The notes under the pieces were generated by a model. The model did not search any database. It saw only the letters and a program-made list of their open reading frames with translations, and was not told the DNA's origin. A DNA stretch of 64,000 nucleotides from an uncultured Planctomycetia bacterium (GTDB lineage Bacteria > Omnitrophota > Gorgyraeia > Duberdicusellales > 4484-171), in contig CAZHYN010000004.1 in the NCBI GenBank assembly GCA_964536865.1, positions 12,900 to 76,899 on the forward strand, in the 5' to 3' direction. Shown piece by piece: positions 1 through 10,368 of this stretch (positions within the stretch are counted from its first letter, which is position 1; every line of letters begins with the position of its first letter). A program made the translations under genes and the position numbers.

Positions 1-1
1 A

Positions 2-1084
2 ATGGCGGTTGCAGGAATAGCTTTAGGAGTAGCAACTTTAGTAATCGTAACTAGCGTAATGAATGGATTTGATTACGATTTGACTTCTCGGCTCTTGAGT
101 TTTAACTATCATTTAGTTATAGAGAGTAAGGACAATTCCAAGCTCGATATAATTAGAGAGGAAATAAAAAAGGTTTCTCAAGTAAAAAGTGCTAGCTTGT
201 TTTTGCATACCCAAATATTTGCTAAATTCGGCGATTATATTGTTCCTCTTTTAGTAAGAGGTATTGATTTTGAAGATAAGGAAGAAAGAACTACTTTTTA
301 TAAATTCGTAAAGAGAGAAATAGCTAAACAAGGTTTCTTTGTAGGTGAAGGTTTAAGCCAGAAAATTTTCCCTAGAGAAAGAATAGAATTTTACCCCTTA
401 GAAAGAAAGCTGATTTTGAAAGAGAAAGAGATAAGGGGAATTTTTAAAGTAGGATTGTACGATTTGGATAACAATTACTTAGTATGTGACTTAGGAGAGG
501 CAAAAAGTTTAAGCAAAAATTATCTCGTTTATGTCGGCGCAAAGATTAAAAACCCCTGGGTTGTAGATGAGGTAAAGAAAGAAATAGAGAAAAGGGTGAA
601 AACACCTTTAATAATAAATACCTGGATAGGTTCCAATCGTGCTTTATTTTCTGCTCTTAAGCTTGAGAAGATTACAATGTTTGTTATCTTAAGTTTAATT
701 ATTGTGGTAGCTGCTTTTACTATTCTTTCCATTCTTATGGTGAAGGTGGCGGAGAAGGTAAAAGATATAGGGATTCTTAAGGCAATTGGATTTGATTCAA
801 ATAAGATTCTTGGGGCATTTATTTCTCAAGGAGTCATCTTAGGAATTTTAGGATTGTTAGGAGGGCTTAGTGTGGGGGGAGGGATATGTTTTCTCTTGAA
901 AGAATATCACCTCATTAAGATCCCTGAAGAGATTTACTATATTAATTACCTTCCTGTATATATAGATTACCGAGATATACTAGCTATTTCTTTTATATGT
1001 GTGTTACTTTCTTTTATTGCTAGTCTGCTTCCTGCTTTTAAAGCTTCTAAGTTATCGATTTCTGAAGCGTTAAGATATGAGTAA
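2..1084 (+). CDS. Lipoprotein-releasing ABC transporter permease, LolC/E (FtsX) family; 5' end lies outside the window
   Basis: Starts mid-ORF at the window edge. N-terminal TM helix followed by a large periplasmic domain and a C-terminal FtsX-like 3-TM bundle (ILKAIGF...). Immediately precedes LolD-like ATPase. Confidence 0.8.
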   Translation: MAVAGIALGVATLVIVTSVMNGFDYDLTSRLLSFNYHLVIESKDNSKLDIIREEIKKVSQVKSASLFLHTQIFAKFGDYIVPLLVRGIDFEDKEERTTFYKFVKREIAKQGFFVGEGLSQKIFPRERIEFYPLERKLILKEKEIRGIFKVGLYDLDNNYLVCDLGEAKSLSKNYLVYVGAKIKNPWVVDEVKKEIEKRVKTPLIINTWIGSNRALFSALKLEKITMFVILSLIIVVAAFTILSILMVKVAEKVKDIGILKAIGFDSNKILGAFISQGVILGILGLLGGLSVGGGICFLLKEYHLIKIPEEIYYINYLPVYIDYRDILAISFICVLLSFIASLLPAFKASKLSISEALRYE

Positions 1085-1754
1085 GTTGATAGAAATAAAA
1101 TCTCTCTCTAAAGTGTATCAAAGTGGGAAAGATAGGATTTTAGCTTTAGATAAAGTGAATTTGACGGTAGAGAAGAATACCTACTTATCTATAGTTGGGC
1201 CTTCAGGAGCAGGTAAGTCCACTCTCCTGCATATCCTGGGAGGATTAGAACCCCCTACCCAAGGAGAAGTATTTTTTGAGGGGATAAACATATACAGGAT
1301 GAAGGAAAGACAGCTTTCTCTTTGGCGTAGAGAAAAGGTTGGTTTTGTTTTTCAATTTTACCATCTTATAGAAGAGCTGACCGTTGCTGAGAACTTGTTT
1401 CTTCCTCTCTTGCTTAATAAAAAAAGAGAGATAAAATTTGCTTTTAAAAGAATTCAGGATTTGTTACAATATTTGGAGATAGAAGAAAAAGTAAATGCCT
1501 TTCCTAGCGAACTTAGCGGAGGAGAGAAGCAAAGGGTAGCTATAGCAAGGGCTTTGGTGGCAGAGCCAGAGGTCCTTTTATGTGATGAGCCTACAGGAAA
1601 TTTAGATTCATCTTCGGCAGAGAGAGTTAAATTTCTTCTTAAGCGTTTGCATCAGGAGAAAAATAAAACGATAATTTTGGTCACTCATAATATTGAATTA
1701 GCCAAGGAAGCGGAAAAAATTATTTATATTAGAGAAGGAAGAATCTTTTTATAA
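1077..1754 (+). CDS. lolD: ABC transporter ATP-binding protein, LolD-like
   Basis: Walker A GPSGAGKST, ABC signature LSGGEKQRVAIARAL, Walker B LLCDEPTGNLD. 8-bp overlap with upstream permease. Confidence 0.85.
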   Translation: MSKLIEIKSLSKVYQSGKDRILALDKVNLTVEKNTYLSIVGPSGAGKSTLLHILGGLEPPTQGEVFFEGINIYRMKERQLSLWRREKVGFVFQFYHLIEELTVAENLFLPLLLNKKREIKFAFKRIQDLLQYLEIEEKVNAFPSELSGGEKQRVAIARALVAEPEVLLCDEPTGNLDSSSAERVKFLLKRLHQEKNKTIILVTHNIELAKEAEKIIYIREGRIFL

Positions 1755-1766
1755 GTTGGAGGTAAT

Positions 1767-2642
1767 ATGAAGATATATTTGAATGGGAAGTTAGTTCCTA
1801 AGAAGGAAGCTAAGGTAAGTGTTCTTGACCATGGATTTCTCTACGGCGATGGAGTATTTGAGGGGGTCCGTGCTTATAATTGTGTGGTTTTTAAGCTAAG
1901 AGAACATATCCGTAGATTATTTGAATCTGCTCACTCCATAATGTTGGAGATTCCTCTCAGTGAGAAGGAGATGGTTTCTGCAGTAGTAAAGACCCTTAAG
2001 GTAAATAAATTAAAAGATGCCTACATAAGGATAATTGTTTCGCGAGGAGAGGGTGATTTAGGGCTTGATCCTACAAAGTGTCGAGGCAACGAAACAGTGG
2101 TGATTATTGCTGATAAGATTTCCCTCTATCCTAGAGAGATTTATGAGAAGGGGATGGCTATAATTACTGTACCTACTATAAGAAACTTACCTGAAGCCCT
2201 AAATCCTCAGATTAAATCTCTAAATTACTTGAATAATATCCTCGCAAAGATTGAAGCTATAAATGCGGGCTATCAGGAAGCTTTGATGCTCGACCATTTA
2301 GGTTACGTAGCTGAGTGTACTGGGGATAATATTTTCGTAGTAAAAAAGGAACAGTTATATACTCCTCCTCAATGTATGGGTACATTGAGAGGAATAACTC
2401 GAGATACCGTATTAGAAATTGCTAGAAAACTTAAAATACCTACTCATGAACATGTACTTACTCGACATGAGCTTTACATAAGTGAGGAATGTTTTTTAAC
2501 AGGGACAGCAGCAGAGGTTGTTCCTGTGGTGGAAGTGGATGGACGAAAAATCGGTAATGGTAAGCCCGGAAAACTTACTAAATTTATAATGAAGGAATTT
2601 AAGAAACTTATTCGGAAAGAGGGAGTGAAGTACGCATTGTAG
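1767..2642 (+). CDS. ilvE: Branched-chain amino acid aminotransferase (PLP fold type IV)
   Basis: 291 aa. N-terminal DHGFLYGDGVFEGVRAY...LREHIRRL is typical of short IlvE/Dat class IV aminotransferases. RBS GGAGGT upstream. Confidence 0.8.
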   Translation: MKIYLNGKLVPKKEAKVSVLDHGFLYGDGVFEGVRAYNCVVFKLREHIRRLFESAHSIMLEIPLSEKEMVSAVVKTLKVNKLKDAYIRIIVSRGEGDLGLDPTKCRGNETVVIIADKISLYPREIYEKGMAIITVPTIRNLPEALNPQIKSLNYLNNILAKIEAINAGYQEALMLDHLGYVAECTGDNIFVVKKEQLYTPPQCMGTLRGITRDTVLEIARKLKIPTHEHVLTRHELYISEECFLTGTAAEVVPVVEVDGRKIGNGKPGKLTKFIMKEFKKLIRKEGVKYAL

Positions 2643-2644
2643 TT

Positions 2645-3142
2645 ATGTTGTGTGATATCTGTCACAAAAATATTGCTACCGTTCACCTTACAGAGATTAC
2701 GGGAAATCGAATTGTGGAACTCCACCTGTGTCAGGAGTGTGCTAATTTGAAAACTGAAGAATTGAAGGCTCAGCTTGATCTCTCTGAGCTTTTAGGAGGA
2801 TTGGTAGAGAAAAAAGAAATAAAAGAGAAGCCAAGTATATCTTGTCCTAAGTGTGCTCTCACTTTAGATGAATTCAAAAAGAAGGGGAGGCTGGGTTGCA
2901 GTAAGTGTTACGAAACATTTCGAGAGAGCCTCTTTCCTTTGTTGAGAAAAATTCATGGTTCTACTCACCATGTAGGTAAATTTCCTAAAGAGGTGGAGTC
3001 AGATATTTTAGTTGAGAGAAAAATAAGAGAGTTAAAACATAGGCTCACCCGAGCAATAAAGTTAGAAGAGTATGAGGAGGCAGCCAAGATAAGAGATAGA
3101 ATAAAGGAGTTAGAAAGAAGGAGAAATAGAAAAAAAGTTTGA
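2645..3142 (+). CDS. mcsA: McsA-like UvrB/UvrC-motif zinc-finger protein (activator of protein arginine kinase)
   Basis: N-terminal CxxC...CxxC pairs (CDICHK, CQEC, CPKC, CSKC). C-terminal UVR motif EEYEEAAKIRDRIKELE. Directly upstream of mcsB. Confidence 0.75.
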   Translation: MLCDICHKNIATVHLTEITGNRIVELHLCQECANLKTEELKAQLDLSELLGGLVEKKEIKEKPSISCPKCALTLDEFKKKGRLGCSKCYETFRESLFPLLRKIHGSTHHVGKFPKEVESDILVERKIRELKHRLTRAIKLEEYEEAAKIRDRIKELERRRNRKKV

Positions 3143-3146
3143 AAGT

Positions 3147-4190
3147 ATGTTTGAGGAATTTCTCTCTAACGAGAGATGGTGGCTAAATCCTAAGGGTCCT
3201 GAAGCAGAGGTAGTGATTTCTTCTCGCTTAAGGTTAGCAAGGAATATTAAAGATCTCCCCTTTCCTTCTAAAGCTACCCACTCTCAGAAAAAGGAGGTTT
3301 TAGAGAGAGTAGAGAGTTTTTGGTCTAAAGTAGATATTCTTAAACCTGGTTTTCTTGTAAGGATGGATGAGGTAAATTTTCTCGATAGGCAATTCCTTTT
3401 AGAAAGACACCTTATTAGTCAAGAACATATTAATAGACCTCAGGGGAAGGGATTAATAGTGAGTTTTGATGAGAGAATCTCTATAATGATAAATGAGGAA
3501 GACCATTTAAGGATCCAGGTTCTTACTTCGGGATTTAACTTAGAGGAGACTTGGGAGATTATCAATAAGGTGGATGATGCTATTAGTAGATTTCTTCCTT
3601 ATGCTTTTCTCCCTGAGATAGGATATCTTACTGCTTGTCCTACTAATGTAGGAACAGCTTTACGTGCTTCCTGTATGCTTCATCTTCCAGGATTAGCCCT
3701 TACTAAAAGGATAAGTAAGATTTTGGAACTTTTAGCTAAACTCTCCTTTACTACTCGAGGACTCTTTGGAGAAGGGACACAAGCTTTAGGTAATTTCTTC
3801 CAGATCTCTAATCAGGTAAGTCTGGGTATCTCCGAGGAAGAAATTATAGATAATCTCTCGGGAGTAATTAAACAGATTAAGGATCAGGAGGAATCAGCGA
3901 GAGATTTTCTTCTAAGGAGGCATAAACCGAGCTTGGAAGACAGTATTTGGCGAGCTCTGGGAATCTTAAGGAACGCCCGTCTTATTACTACCAAAGAAGC
4001 TTTATCCCATCTTTCTCTATTGTGTTTAGGGTTGGATTTAGGTATAATTAAAGGGATAAAGAGAGATGTAATAAATAACCTTTTCATTATTATTCAACCT
4101 GCTCATCTTCAAAAAATGGAAGGGAGGACTTTAGAAGATCAAGAGCGGGATTATAAACGTGCTGCTCTATTAAGGAGTAAACTCAAGTAG
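3147..4190 (+). CDS. mcsB: Protein arginine kinase McsB (ATP:guanido phosphotransferase)
   Basis: Phosphagen-kinase active-site motif CPTNVGTALRAS. 347 aa. Sits between mcsA and clpC. Confidence 0.9.
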   Translation: MFEEFLSNERWWLNPKGPEAEVVISSRLRLARNIKDLPFPSKATHSQKKEVLERVESFWSKVDILKPGFLVRMDEVNFLDRQFLLERHLISQEHINRPQGKGLIVSFDERISIMINEEDHLRIQVLTSGFNLEETWEIINKVDDAISRFLPYAFLPEIGYLTACPTNVGTALRASCMLHLPGLALTKRISKILELLAKLSFTTRGLFGEGTQALGNFFQISNQVSLGISEEEIIDNLSGVIKQIKDQEESARDFLLRRHKPSLEDSIWRALGILRNARLITTKEALSHLSLLCLGLDLGIIKGIKRDVINNLFIIIQPAHLQKMEGRTLEDQERDYKRAALLRSKLK

Positions 4191-4200
4191 GAGGCTTTCT

Positions 4201-6624
4201 ATGTTTAATCGTTTTACCGAGAGAGCAAGAAAAGTTTTAGTGTTGGCTAAGGAGGAGGCAAGAAGATTCAATCACGACTATATCGGTACCGAGCATATCC
4301 TTTTAGGATTGATAAGAGAAGGAGAAGGTGTAGCTTGTGCCGTATTACAAAATTTAGGAATGGATCTGGATAGATTAAGAAGAGAGGTAGAGAAGTTAGT
4401 AGCTCCAGGAAGTGCCCAAGCAGTGATAGGAGATATTCCTTTTACTCCTAGAGCAAAGAAAGCTTTGGAGATTGCTGCAGAAGAGGCACGTAATTTAGGT
4501 CATAACTATATCGGTACCGAGCATATCCTTTTAGGATTGATAAGAGAAGGAGAAGGTTTAGCTAGTCAGATTCTTTACAGTTTGGGGATAGATTTAGAGA
4601 GAGTAAGAAGTGAGATCTCTTCGCTCTTAGGAGGGATGCATACTCCAGGAACTACCGCCGCTGCCTCCAAAACTCCCGCTTTAGATTCCTTCGGCAGAGA
4701 CCTAACTAAATTAGCTAAGGAAGGAAAGCTTGATCCTGTAATCGGTAGGAAGACAGAGATAGAAAGAGTAATTCAAGTGCTTTCTCGTCGTACCAAAAAT
4801 AATCCTGTACTTTTGGGAGAGGCAGGAGTTGGTAAGACTGCGATTGTAGAAGGATTAGCTCAGAGTATTTTTAGTGGTAATGTTCCTGAAGTTTTGAGGA
4901 GGAAAAGAATAGTAGGTTTAGATTTAGCTTTGATGATTGCAGGTACAAAATATAGAGGTCAGTTTGAAGAAAGGATTAAAGCAGTGATGGAAGAGATAAA
5001 GCGATCCAAAGATGTGATAATTTTTATTGATGAACTTCACACTCTGGTAGGAGCGGGAGCAGCAGAAGGAGCAATAGATGCTTCCAATATCTTAAAACCA
5101 GCGCTATCTAGGGGAGAGATTCAATGTATTGGGGCTACTACTTTGGATGAGTATAGAAAACATATTGAGAAGGATGCTGCTTTAGAGAGAAGATTCCAGC
5201 CCATAATTGTTGAACCTAATACTGTGGAGGAGACTATAGAGATATTAAAGGGTTTGAGAGATAAGTATGAGGCCCATCATAGAGTAAAATTTACTGATTC
5301 AGCATTAGAGGCAGCAGCTAAGCTTTCCGATCGTTATATATCGGGAAGATTTCTTCCTGATAAGGCAATCGATTTAATTGATGAGGCTGGAGCACGTGCA
5401 CGATTAGCAGTGCTCACTGTACCTAAGGAGATCCATGAATTGGAGAATAAGTTGAAAGAGATAGTTAAAGAGAAGGAAGCGCTGATAAAACAGCAAGATT
5501 TTGAAACGGCAGCGAGATTAAGAGATGAGGAAAAAAGTATTCGTCTAAAGTTGGAAAATGCTCGCAGGGAGTGGAGCAAGAAACGAGATCAAATTGTTCC
5601 CACTGTTAATGAAGAAGATATTGCTAGGTTGGTTTCTCAGATTACCGGCATACCTATTTACCGCTTAGAAGAGAAGGAGTCAGAGAAATTATTAAAGATG
5701 GAAGAAGAGCTCAAGAAGAGAGTAGTTGGTCAGGAGGAAGCCATTGCTTCTATCGCTAGAGCAGTTAGGCGAGCAAGAGCAGGGATTAAAGAGCCTAAAC
5801 GTCCTATAGGGTCATTCATGTTCCTTGGTCCTACAGGAGTAGGTAAGACACTTTTAGCTAAGGCATTGGCAGAGTTTATGTTTGGTGATGAGGAAGCCCT
5901 TATTCAGTTAGATATGAGTGAGTATATGGAAAAGTTTAATGTATCTCGCCTCATAGGAGCTCCTCCTGGATATGTAGGTTATGAGGAGGGAGGTCAGCTA
6001 ACCGAAAGAGTAAGAAGGAGACCGTACGCAGTAGTTCTCTTAGACGAAATTGAGAAATCTCATCCCGATGTATTTAACATCCTCTTGCAGATTTTAGAGG
6101 AAGGGAGACTTACGGATAGCTTTGGAAGGAAAGTCGACTTTAAAAATACTATTTTAATTATGACTTCTAACGTAGGAGCAGAAATTATAAGAAAGAGAGG
6201 ATCTCTGGGGTTTAAGGCTATTAAAGAAGAGATTAGTTATGAGGAAATGAGTCGCCTCCTTCTTGAGGAAGTTAAAAAAACTTTTAAACCAGAATTTTTA
6301 AATAGATTGGACGAAGTTATTGTGTTTAAGCCTTTGAATAAAGAGGCGTTAGCGAAGATTGTGGAGATTGAGATTTCTTATACCAATGCTCGTTTAGGAG
6401 AACAGGGAATCTCTATAGAACTTACCCCTGAGGCAGAGGAATTTTTCATTGAGAAAGGATTTGATCCTGTCTTTGGTGCTCGTCCTCTAAAGAGAGTAAT
6501 ACAGCGGTTTTTAGAAGATCCCTTAGCTGAGGAGATAATCAGGGGGAAGTTTGTTCGTAAAGAGAAAGAGGGAGTAATTAAGATAGTGGTGAAACGGAAA
6601 GGAGATGAATTAATCTTTGAATGA
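4201..6624 (+). CDS. clpC: ATP-dependent Clp protease ATP-binding subunit ClpC
   Basis: Duplicated Clp-N repeats (GTEHILLGLIREGEG x2). Two AAA+ modules (GEAGVGKT, GPTGVGKT). UVR-like linker. 807 aa. Confidence 0.95.
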   Translation: MFNRFTERARKVLVLAKEEARRFNHDYIGTEHILLGLIREGEGVACAVLQNLGMDLDRLRREVEKLVAPGSAQAVIGDIPFTPRAKKALEIAAEEARNLGHNYIGTEHILLGLIREGEGLASQILYSLGIDLERVRSEISSLLGGMHTPGTTAAASKTPALDSFGRDLTKLAKEGKLDPVIGRKTEIERVIQVLSRRTKNNPVLLGEAGVGKTAIVEGLAQSIFSGNVPEVLRRKRIVGLDLALMIAGTKYRGQFEERIKAVMEEIKRSKDVIIFIDELHTLVGAGAAEGAIDASNILKPALSRGEIQCIGATTLDEYRKHIEKDAALERRFQPIIVEPNTVEETIEILKGLRDKYEAHHRVKFTDSALEAAAKLSDRYISGRFLPDKAIDLIDEAGARARLAVLTVPKEIHELENKLKEIVKEKEALIKQQDFETAARLRDEEKSIRLKLENARREWSKKRDQIVPTVNEEDIARLVSQITGIPIYRLEEKESEKLLKMEEELKKRVVGQEEAIASIARAVRRARAGIKEPKRPIGSFMFLGPTGVGKTLLAKALAEFMFGDEEALIQLDMSEYMEKFNVSRLIGAPPGYVGYEEGGQLTERVRRRPYAVVLLDEIEKSHPDVFNILLQILEEGRLTDSFGRKVDFKNTILIMTSNVGAEIIRKRGSLGFKAIKEEISYEEMSRLLLEEVKKTFKPEFLNRLDEVIVFKPLNKEALAKIVEIEISYTNARLGEQGISIELTPEAEEFFIEKGFDPVFGARPLKRVIQRFLEDPLAEEIIRGKFVRKEKEGVIKIVVKRKGDELIFE

Positions 6625-6751
6625 TATTTATTTCGTCTTTAATTGCATCTTTTATTTCCCCTCTCCTCATTATAGGGTTCTCTTTTTCTCTTGTTAAATT
6701 TTGGTTTACTTTTTTAAAAATGTATTTTTTATAAAGTATGAGTGAGTCTTT

Positions 6752-7516
6752 ATGAATTTGGTTAAAAAAGTAGAAGTTCTTTTTAGTTATCTAGGAAGTT
6801 TAGGTATCTTTATAAAGAATGTTTTTTACTTTCTATTTACTCGTAAAAGAGATTTTAAAACTGTAAGTAAGGAGATTGTTTTTATAGGTATTGACAGTCT
6901 TTTCTTGGTATCATTAATTTCCTTCTTCGTGGGGGTAATTGTTGCCTTCCAGACAGCTTATCAACTTAAGAAGTTTTCTTCAGAGATTTATATCGCTTCT
7001 TTGGTAGCGCTCTCTTTAACTAGGGAATTAGGACCGGTATTAAGTTCTTTAATAGTTGCTTCACGAAGTGGTGCTTCTATTACTGCAGGAATAGGTTCCA
7101 TGAAGATAAGCGAACAAGTGGATGCTTTAGAAGCATTTGCAGTTAATCCCATAGATTATCTTGTCGTTCCTAAATTTATAGGTCTTGTTTTTTCTTTACC
7201 TATTCTAGTAACTTATGCTAACTGCTTGGGTATCTTTGGGGGGTATGCTGTGGGAGCATTAAAGTTTTCTATCCCTTTTCATTTTTACTTTAAAATGACC
7301 TTCGATGCTCTCCAGTACAAAGATATCGTTAGTGGTCTTATAAAAAGTGTTTGTTTTGCAGCAATAATTGCTTTTGTGGCTTGCTTTGAGGGTTTAAAGC
7401 CTTACAGTTCTAGTGATGTAGCTAAGGTAGTTACCCATTCAGTAGTGAGATCTTTTATACTTATTATTGTCTGCGATTGTATCCTTACTGCTTTATTTTA
7501 CTTTATTCTAGTATGA
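6752..7516 (+). CDS. mlaE: Phospholipid ABC transporter permease MlaE
   Basis: 254 aa polytopic membrane protein of the MlaE/YrbE type. Followed by ATPase and MCE-domain genes. Confidence 0.8.
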   Translation: MNLVKKVEVLFSYLGSLGIFIKNVFYFLFTRKRDFKTVSKEIVFIGIDSLFLVSLISFFVGVIVAFQTAYQLKKFSSEIYIASLVALSLTRELGPVLSSLIVASRSGASITAGIGSMKISEQVDALEAFAVNPIDYLVVPKFIGLVFSLPILVTYANCLGIFGGYAVGALKFSIPFHFYFKMTFDALQYKDIVSGLIKSVCFAAIIAFVACFEGLKPYSSSDVAKVVTHSVVRSFILIIVCDCILTALFYFILV

Positions 7517-8271
7517 ACATTATTAAAATAGAAAATCTTACTAAATTTTTTGACAGTAAAAAAGTATTGGATAAGATAAATTTAGAAATTAGTGAGGGGG
7601 AGTCGTTTTTAATTTTAGGGAGAAGTGGTGCAGGTAAAACAGTTCTTTTAAAACATATTATTGGCTTACTTAAGCCAGATTCAGGGAGAGTATTCATTGA
7701 GGGAGTAGATATTACCTCGCTTTCTAAAGAAAAGTTAGATAGAATAAGGTTGAAGTTCGGTGTAGTTTTTCAAAACAGTGCCCTCTTTGATTCCCTAACA
7801 GTAGAGGAAAATGTAGGATTTGCTCTTTACCATCACTCGGATTTAACTAGAGAACAGATCACTAAGGAAGTTTCTCATTATTTAGAAGTAGTGGGTCTAA
7901 AAGGTACTGAAAAGTTGTATCCCCATCAGCTAAGTGGAGGAATGAAAAAAAGGGTAGCTATTGCTAGAGCAGTAATCTACCATCCTAAGATAATTATCTA
8001 TGATGAACCTACTACAGGGATTGACCCTATCTCGGTAGATAAAATAATCTCCCTTATTAATGAGCTTAAAAGTAAACTTTCCGTTACCACCTTAGTAGTC
8101 ACCCATGATTTGAATGTTGGTCTTAAGATAGCAGATAGGTGTGCGTTTCTCCTTAGAGGGAGAATAATCTTTGAGGGTAAGAAAGAAGATTTAGAGCATA
8201 TTAAGGATGAGAGAATTATCCAATTCATAAGAGGAAGTTCATCTGGACCAATAAAGGAGATGGAGGTATAG
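7513..8271 (+). CDS. mlaF: Phospholipid ABC transporter ATP-binding protein MlaF
   Basis: Walker A GRSGAGKT, signature LSGGMKKRVAIARA, Walker B IIYDEPTTGID. Start taken at the internal ATG (MNIIKIENLTKFF) rather than the overlapping upstream ATG at 7477. Confidence 0.85.
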   Translation: MNIIKIENLTKFFDSKKVLDKINLEISEGESFLILGRSGAGKTVLLKHIIGLLKPDSGRVFIEGVDITSLSKEKLDRIRLKFGVVFQNSALFDSLTVEENVGFALYHHSDLTREQITKEVSHYLEVVGLKGTEKLYPHQLSGGMKKRVAIARAVIYHPKIIIYDEPTTGIDPISVDKIISLINELKSKLSVTTLVVTHDLNVGLKIADRCAFLLRGRIIFEGKKEDLEHIKDERIIQFIRGSSSGPIKEMEV

Positions 8272-8273
8272 AG

Positions 8274-9002
8274 ATGAGGAGGAAAAAGATTTTAGATCTG
8301 CGAAGATATTTGGTGGAGATAAAGATAGGAGTATTTTTATTAGGAGCAATGATTATCATATTTCTTACTACCTTATCTCTTAGAGAGGTATCTTTCTTAA
8401 GAGGAAGTTACATAGTAAAAGTCAAATTTGACTTTGCTGAGGGGCTTAGACCGTCTTCGCCGGTAAGATTATGTGGTGTAGATGTTGGTGAAATTAAGAG
8501 AGTTGAAGTAAAAGAAGAAGGAAATAATACTGTAGTTTACGTTTATGCTAAGATAGAGCGAGGGATAAAAATTCCTAAGGATTCTTATTTTTTTATTAAC
8601 AATTTAAGCCTTTTTGGAGAAAAGTACTTGGAAATTATTCCTGCTCAGCCACATAAAAAAAAGTTCTTGAAGGAAAATCAATTAGTTATAGGAACCTCCT
8701 CTACTCCACTTTTTAATATTATGGATTCTTTCTACAAAACTATGAAGAAATTAGATGAATTTATTAGAGAAGAAGAGCTAAGGAGTTCTTTAAAGAGTAT
8801 TGTGATAAATTTAAAAGGAGCAAGTCAAGATTTAAAAGAAATTTTAAGAGGAATTAAGGATAAAGAGGGAAGTTTAGGTAAGTTTATCTATGATGATTCT
8901 TTATACCTAAAGACAGAAGAATTAATTGAGGATTTAAAGGCTCATCCTTGGAAACTTCTTCATAAACCAAAAGAGAGAAAGCCAAAGAAGAGAAGAAAGT
9001 AA
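8274..9002 (+). CDS. mlaD: MCE-domain protein MlaD
   Basis: N-terminal TM anchor then an MCE domain (VKVKFDFAEGLRPSSPVRLCGVDVGEIKRVEV). Lys-rich C-terminal tail. Confidence 0.8.
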   Translation: MRRKKILDLRRYLVEIKIGVFLLGAMIIIFLTTLSLREVSFLRGSYIVKVKFDFAEGLRPSSPVRLCGVDVGEIKRVEVKEEGNNTVVYVYAKIERGIKIPKDSYFFINNLSLFGEKYLEIIPAQPHKKKFLKENQLVIGTSSTPLFNIMDSFYKTMKKLDEFIREEELRSSLKSIVINLKGASQDLKEILRGIKDKEGSLGKFIYDDSLYLKTEELIEDLKAHPWKLLHKPKERKPKKRRK

Positions 9003-9008
9003 GAAAGG

Positions 9009-10340
9009 ATGTTTGTTTGCAATAGCTGTGGTTATAAATCAGTAAAGTGGCTAGGTCGGTGTCCTATGTGTGGAAGCTGGGAGTCTTTTAGTGAAGAGAA
9101 AGAAGCAGTTTCTCCAGAATTAGAGAAATCTCCCTCTTTGCCTGTTTCTTTAGGGCAAGGTGAGGTTTTAAAGAGAGAAAGAATTTCCACTGGTATTAAG
9201 GAATTAGATAAGATCTTAGGAGGGGGGCTTATAAAAGGAGAAGTTGTGTTAGTGGGAGGATCTCCCGGGATAGGCAAATCTACCCTTCTTTTAGAGGTAA
9301 GTTCTCAGCTTGCTCATATAGGGAGAGTTCTTTACGTTAGTGCTGAGGAGTCTATTGAGCAGATAAATTTGCGGGCGGATAGATTAAAAATTTCTAATGA
9401 CAAACTCTACATCTTAAATGAAGATAATTTAGAAGAGATTTATACACATCTAAAGCAAGGGGGTTTCCAATTTTTAGTTATAGACTCTATCCAAGTAGTT
9501 TACCATCCTAAAATATCTTCTCCTAAGGGTAGTGTTTCCCAGGTGAAAGGATGTGCCGATTTTCTTGTTCAGATAGCAAAGAGTAAGGGGATTCCTGTAT
9601 TTATTATTGGTCATGTTACTAAGGAAGGATCAATAGCCGGACCTAAGCTATTGGAACATTTAGTGGATTGTGTATTGTACTTTGAAAGTGAAACTATTTC
9701 TACTTACCGTATTTTGAGAGCAATAAAGAATCGTTTTGGACCCGCAGGGGAGTTAGCATTCTTTGAGATGAGCTCTTCGGGGTTAAAAGAATTAGCTAAC
9801 TTGACGGATATTTTTCTTCCTGAAAGGGATAGGTCTATTGCTGGTAGTTGTATTGTATGTGTTATTGAGGGAATAAGACCTATTACTCTAGAAATACAGG
9901 CGCTAGTAAGTAGAGCTAGTTTTGGAATGGTAAGAAGAAGATCCTTAGGATTTGATTTCAATCGTTTCTCTCTTTTGGTGGCTATTATAGAGAAGAGGGT
10001 TAGGATTTCTCTTTCTAGCGAGGATGTATTTTTAAATGTAGGAGGAGGGATAAAGATTAATGATCCCGCCGCTGATTTAGGAGCTTGCATAGCAATTATT
10101 TCTAGTTATAAAGATAAAATAGTCCCTTTTTCCTATGTTTTTGTAGGAGAGGTAGGATTAGCAGGAGAGGTGAGGGGAGTGACTAATATAAATTTAAGAC
10201 TTAAGGAGCTAGAGAGGAGTAAGATCTTTAAGAAAGTCTTTATTCCTCGAATCAATGTAAAGGAAGTGGAAAAGGAAGTTCACCAAAGTATTAAGATAGA
10301 AGGAGTGAGTTCTCTAAAAGAAGCTTTAGATAAGTTATAA
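9009..10340 (+). CDS. radA: DNA repair protein RadA/Sms
   Basis: N-terminal C4 zinc ribbon (CNSCGY...CPMCGSW). RecA-like Walker A GGSPGIGKST. KNRFG motif present. Lon-protease-like C-terminal domain. Confidence 0.95.
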   Translation: MFVCNSCGYKSVKWLGRCPMCGSWESFSEEKEAVSPELEKSPSLPVSLGQGEVLKRERISTGIKELDKILGGGLIKGEVVLVGGSPGIGKSTLLLEVSSQLAHIGRVLYVSAEESIEQINLRADRLKISNDKLYILNEDNLEEIYTHLKQGGFQFLVIDSIQVVYHPKISSPKGSVSQVKGCADFLVQIAKSKGIPVFIIGHVTKEGSIAGPKLLEHLVDCVLYFESETISTYRILRAIKNRFGPAGELAFFEMSSSGLKELANLTDIFLPERDRSIAGSCIVCVIEGIRPITLEIQALVSRASFGMVRRRSLGFDFNRFSLLVAIIEKRVRISLSSEDVFLNVGGGIKINDPAADLGACIAIISSYKDKIVPFSYVFVGEVGLAGEVRGVTNINLRLKELERSKIFKKVFIPRINVKEVEKEVHQSIKIEGVSSLKEALDKL

Positions 10341-10368
10341 GAGTTTTTATAAAGTTAAAGGAGGTTTT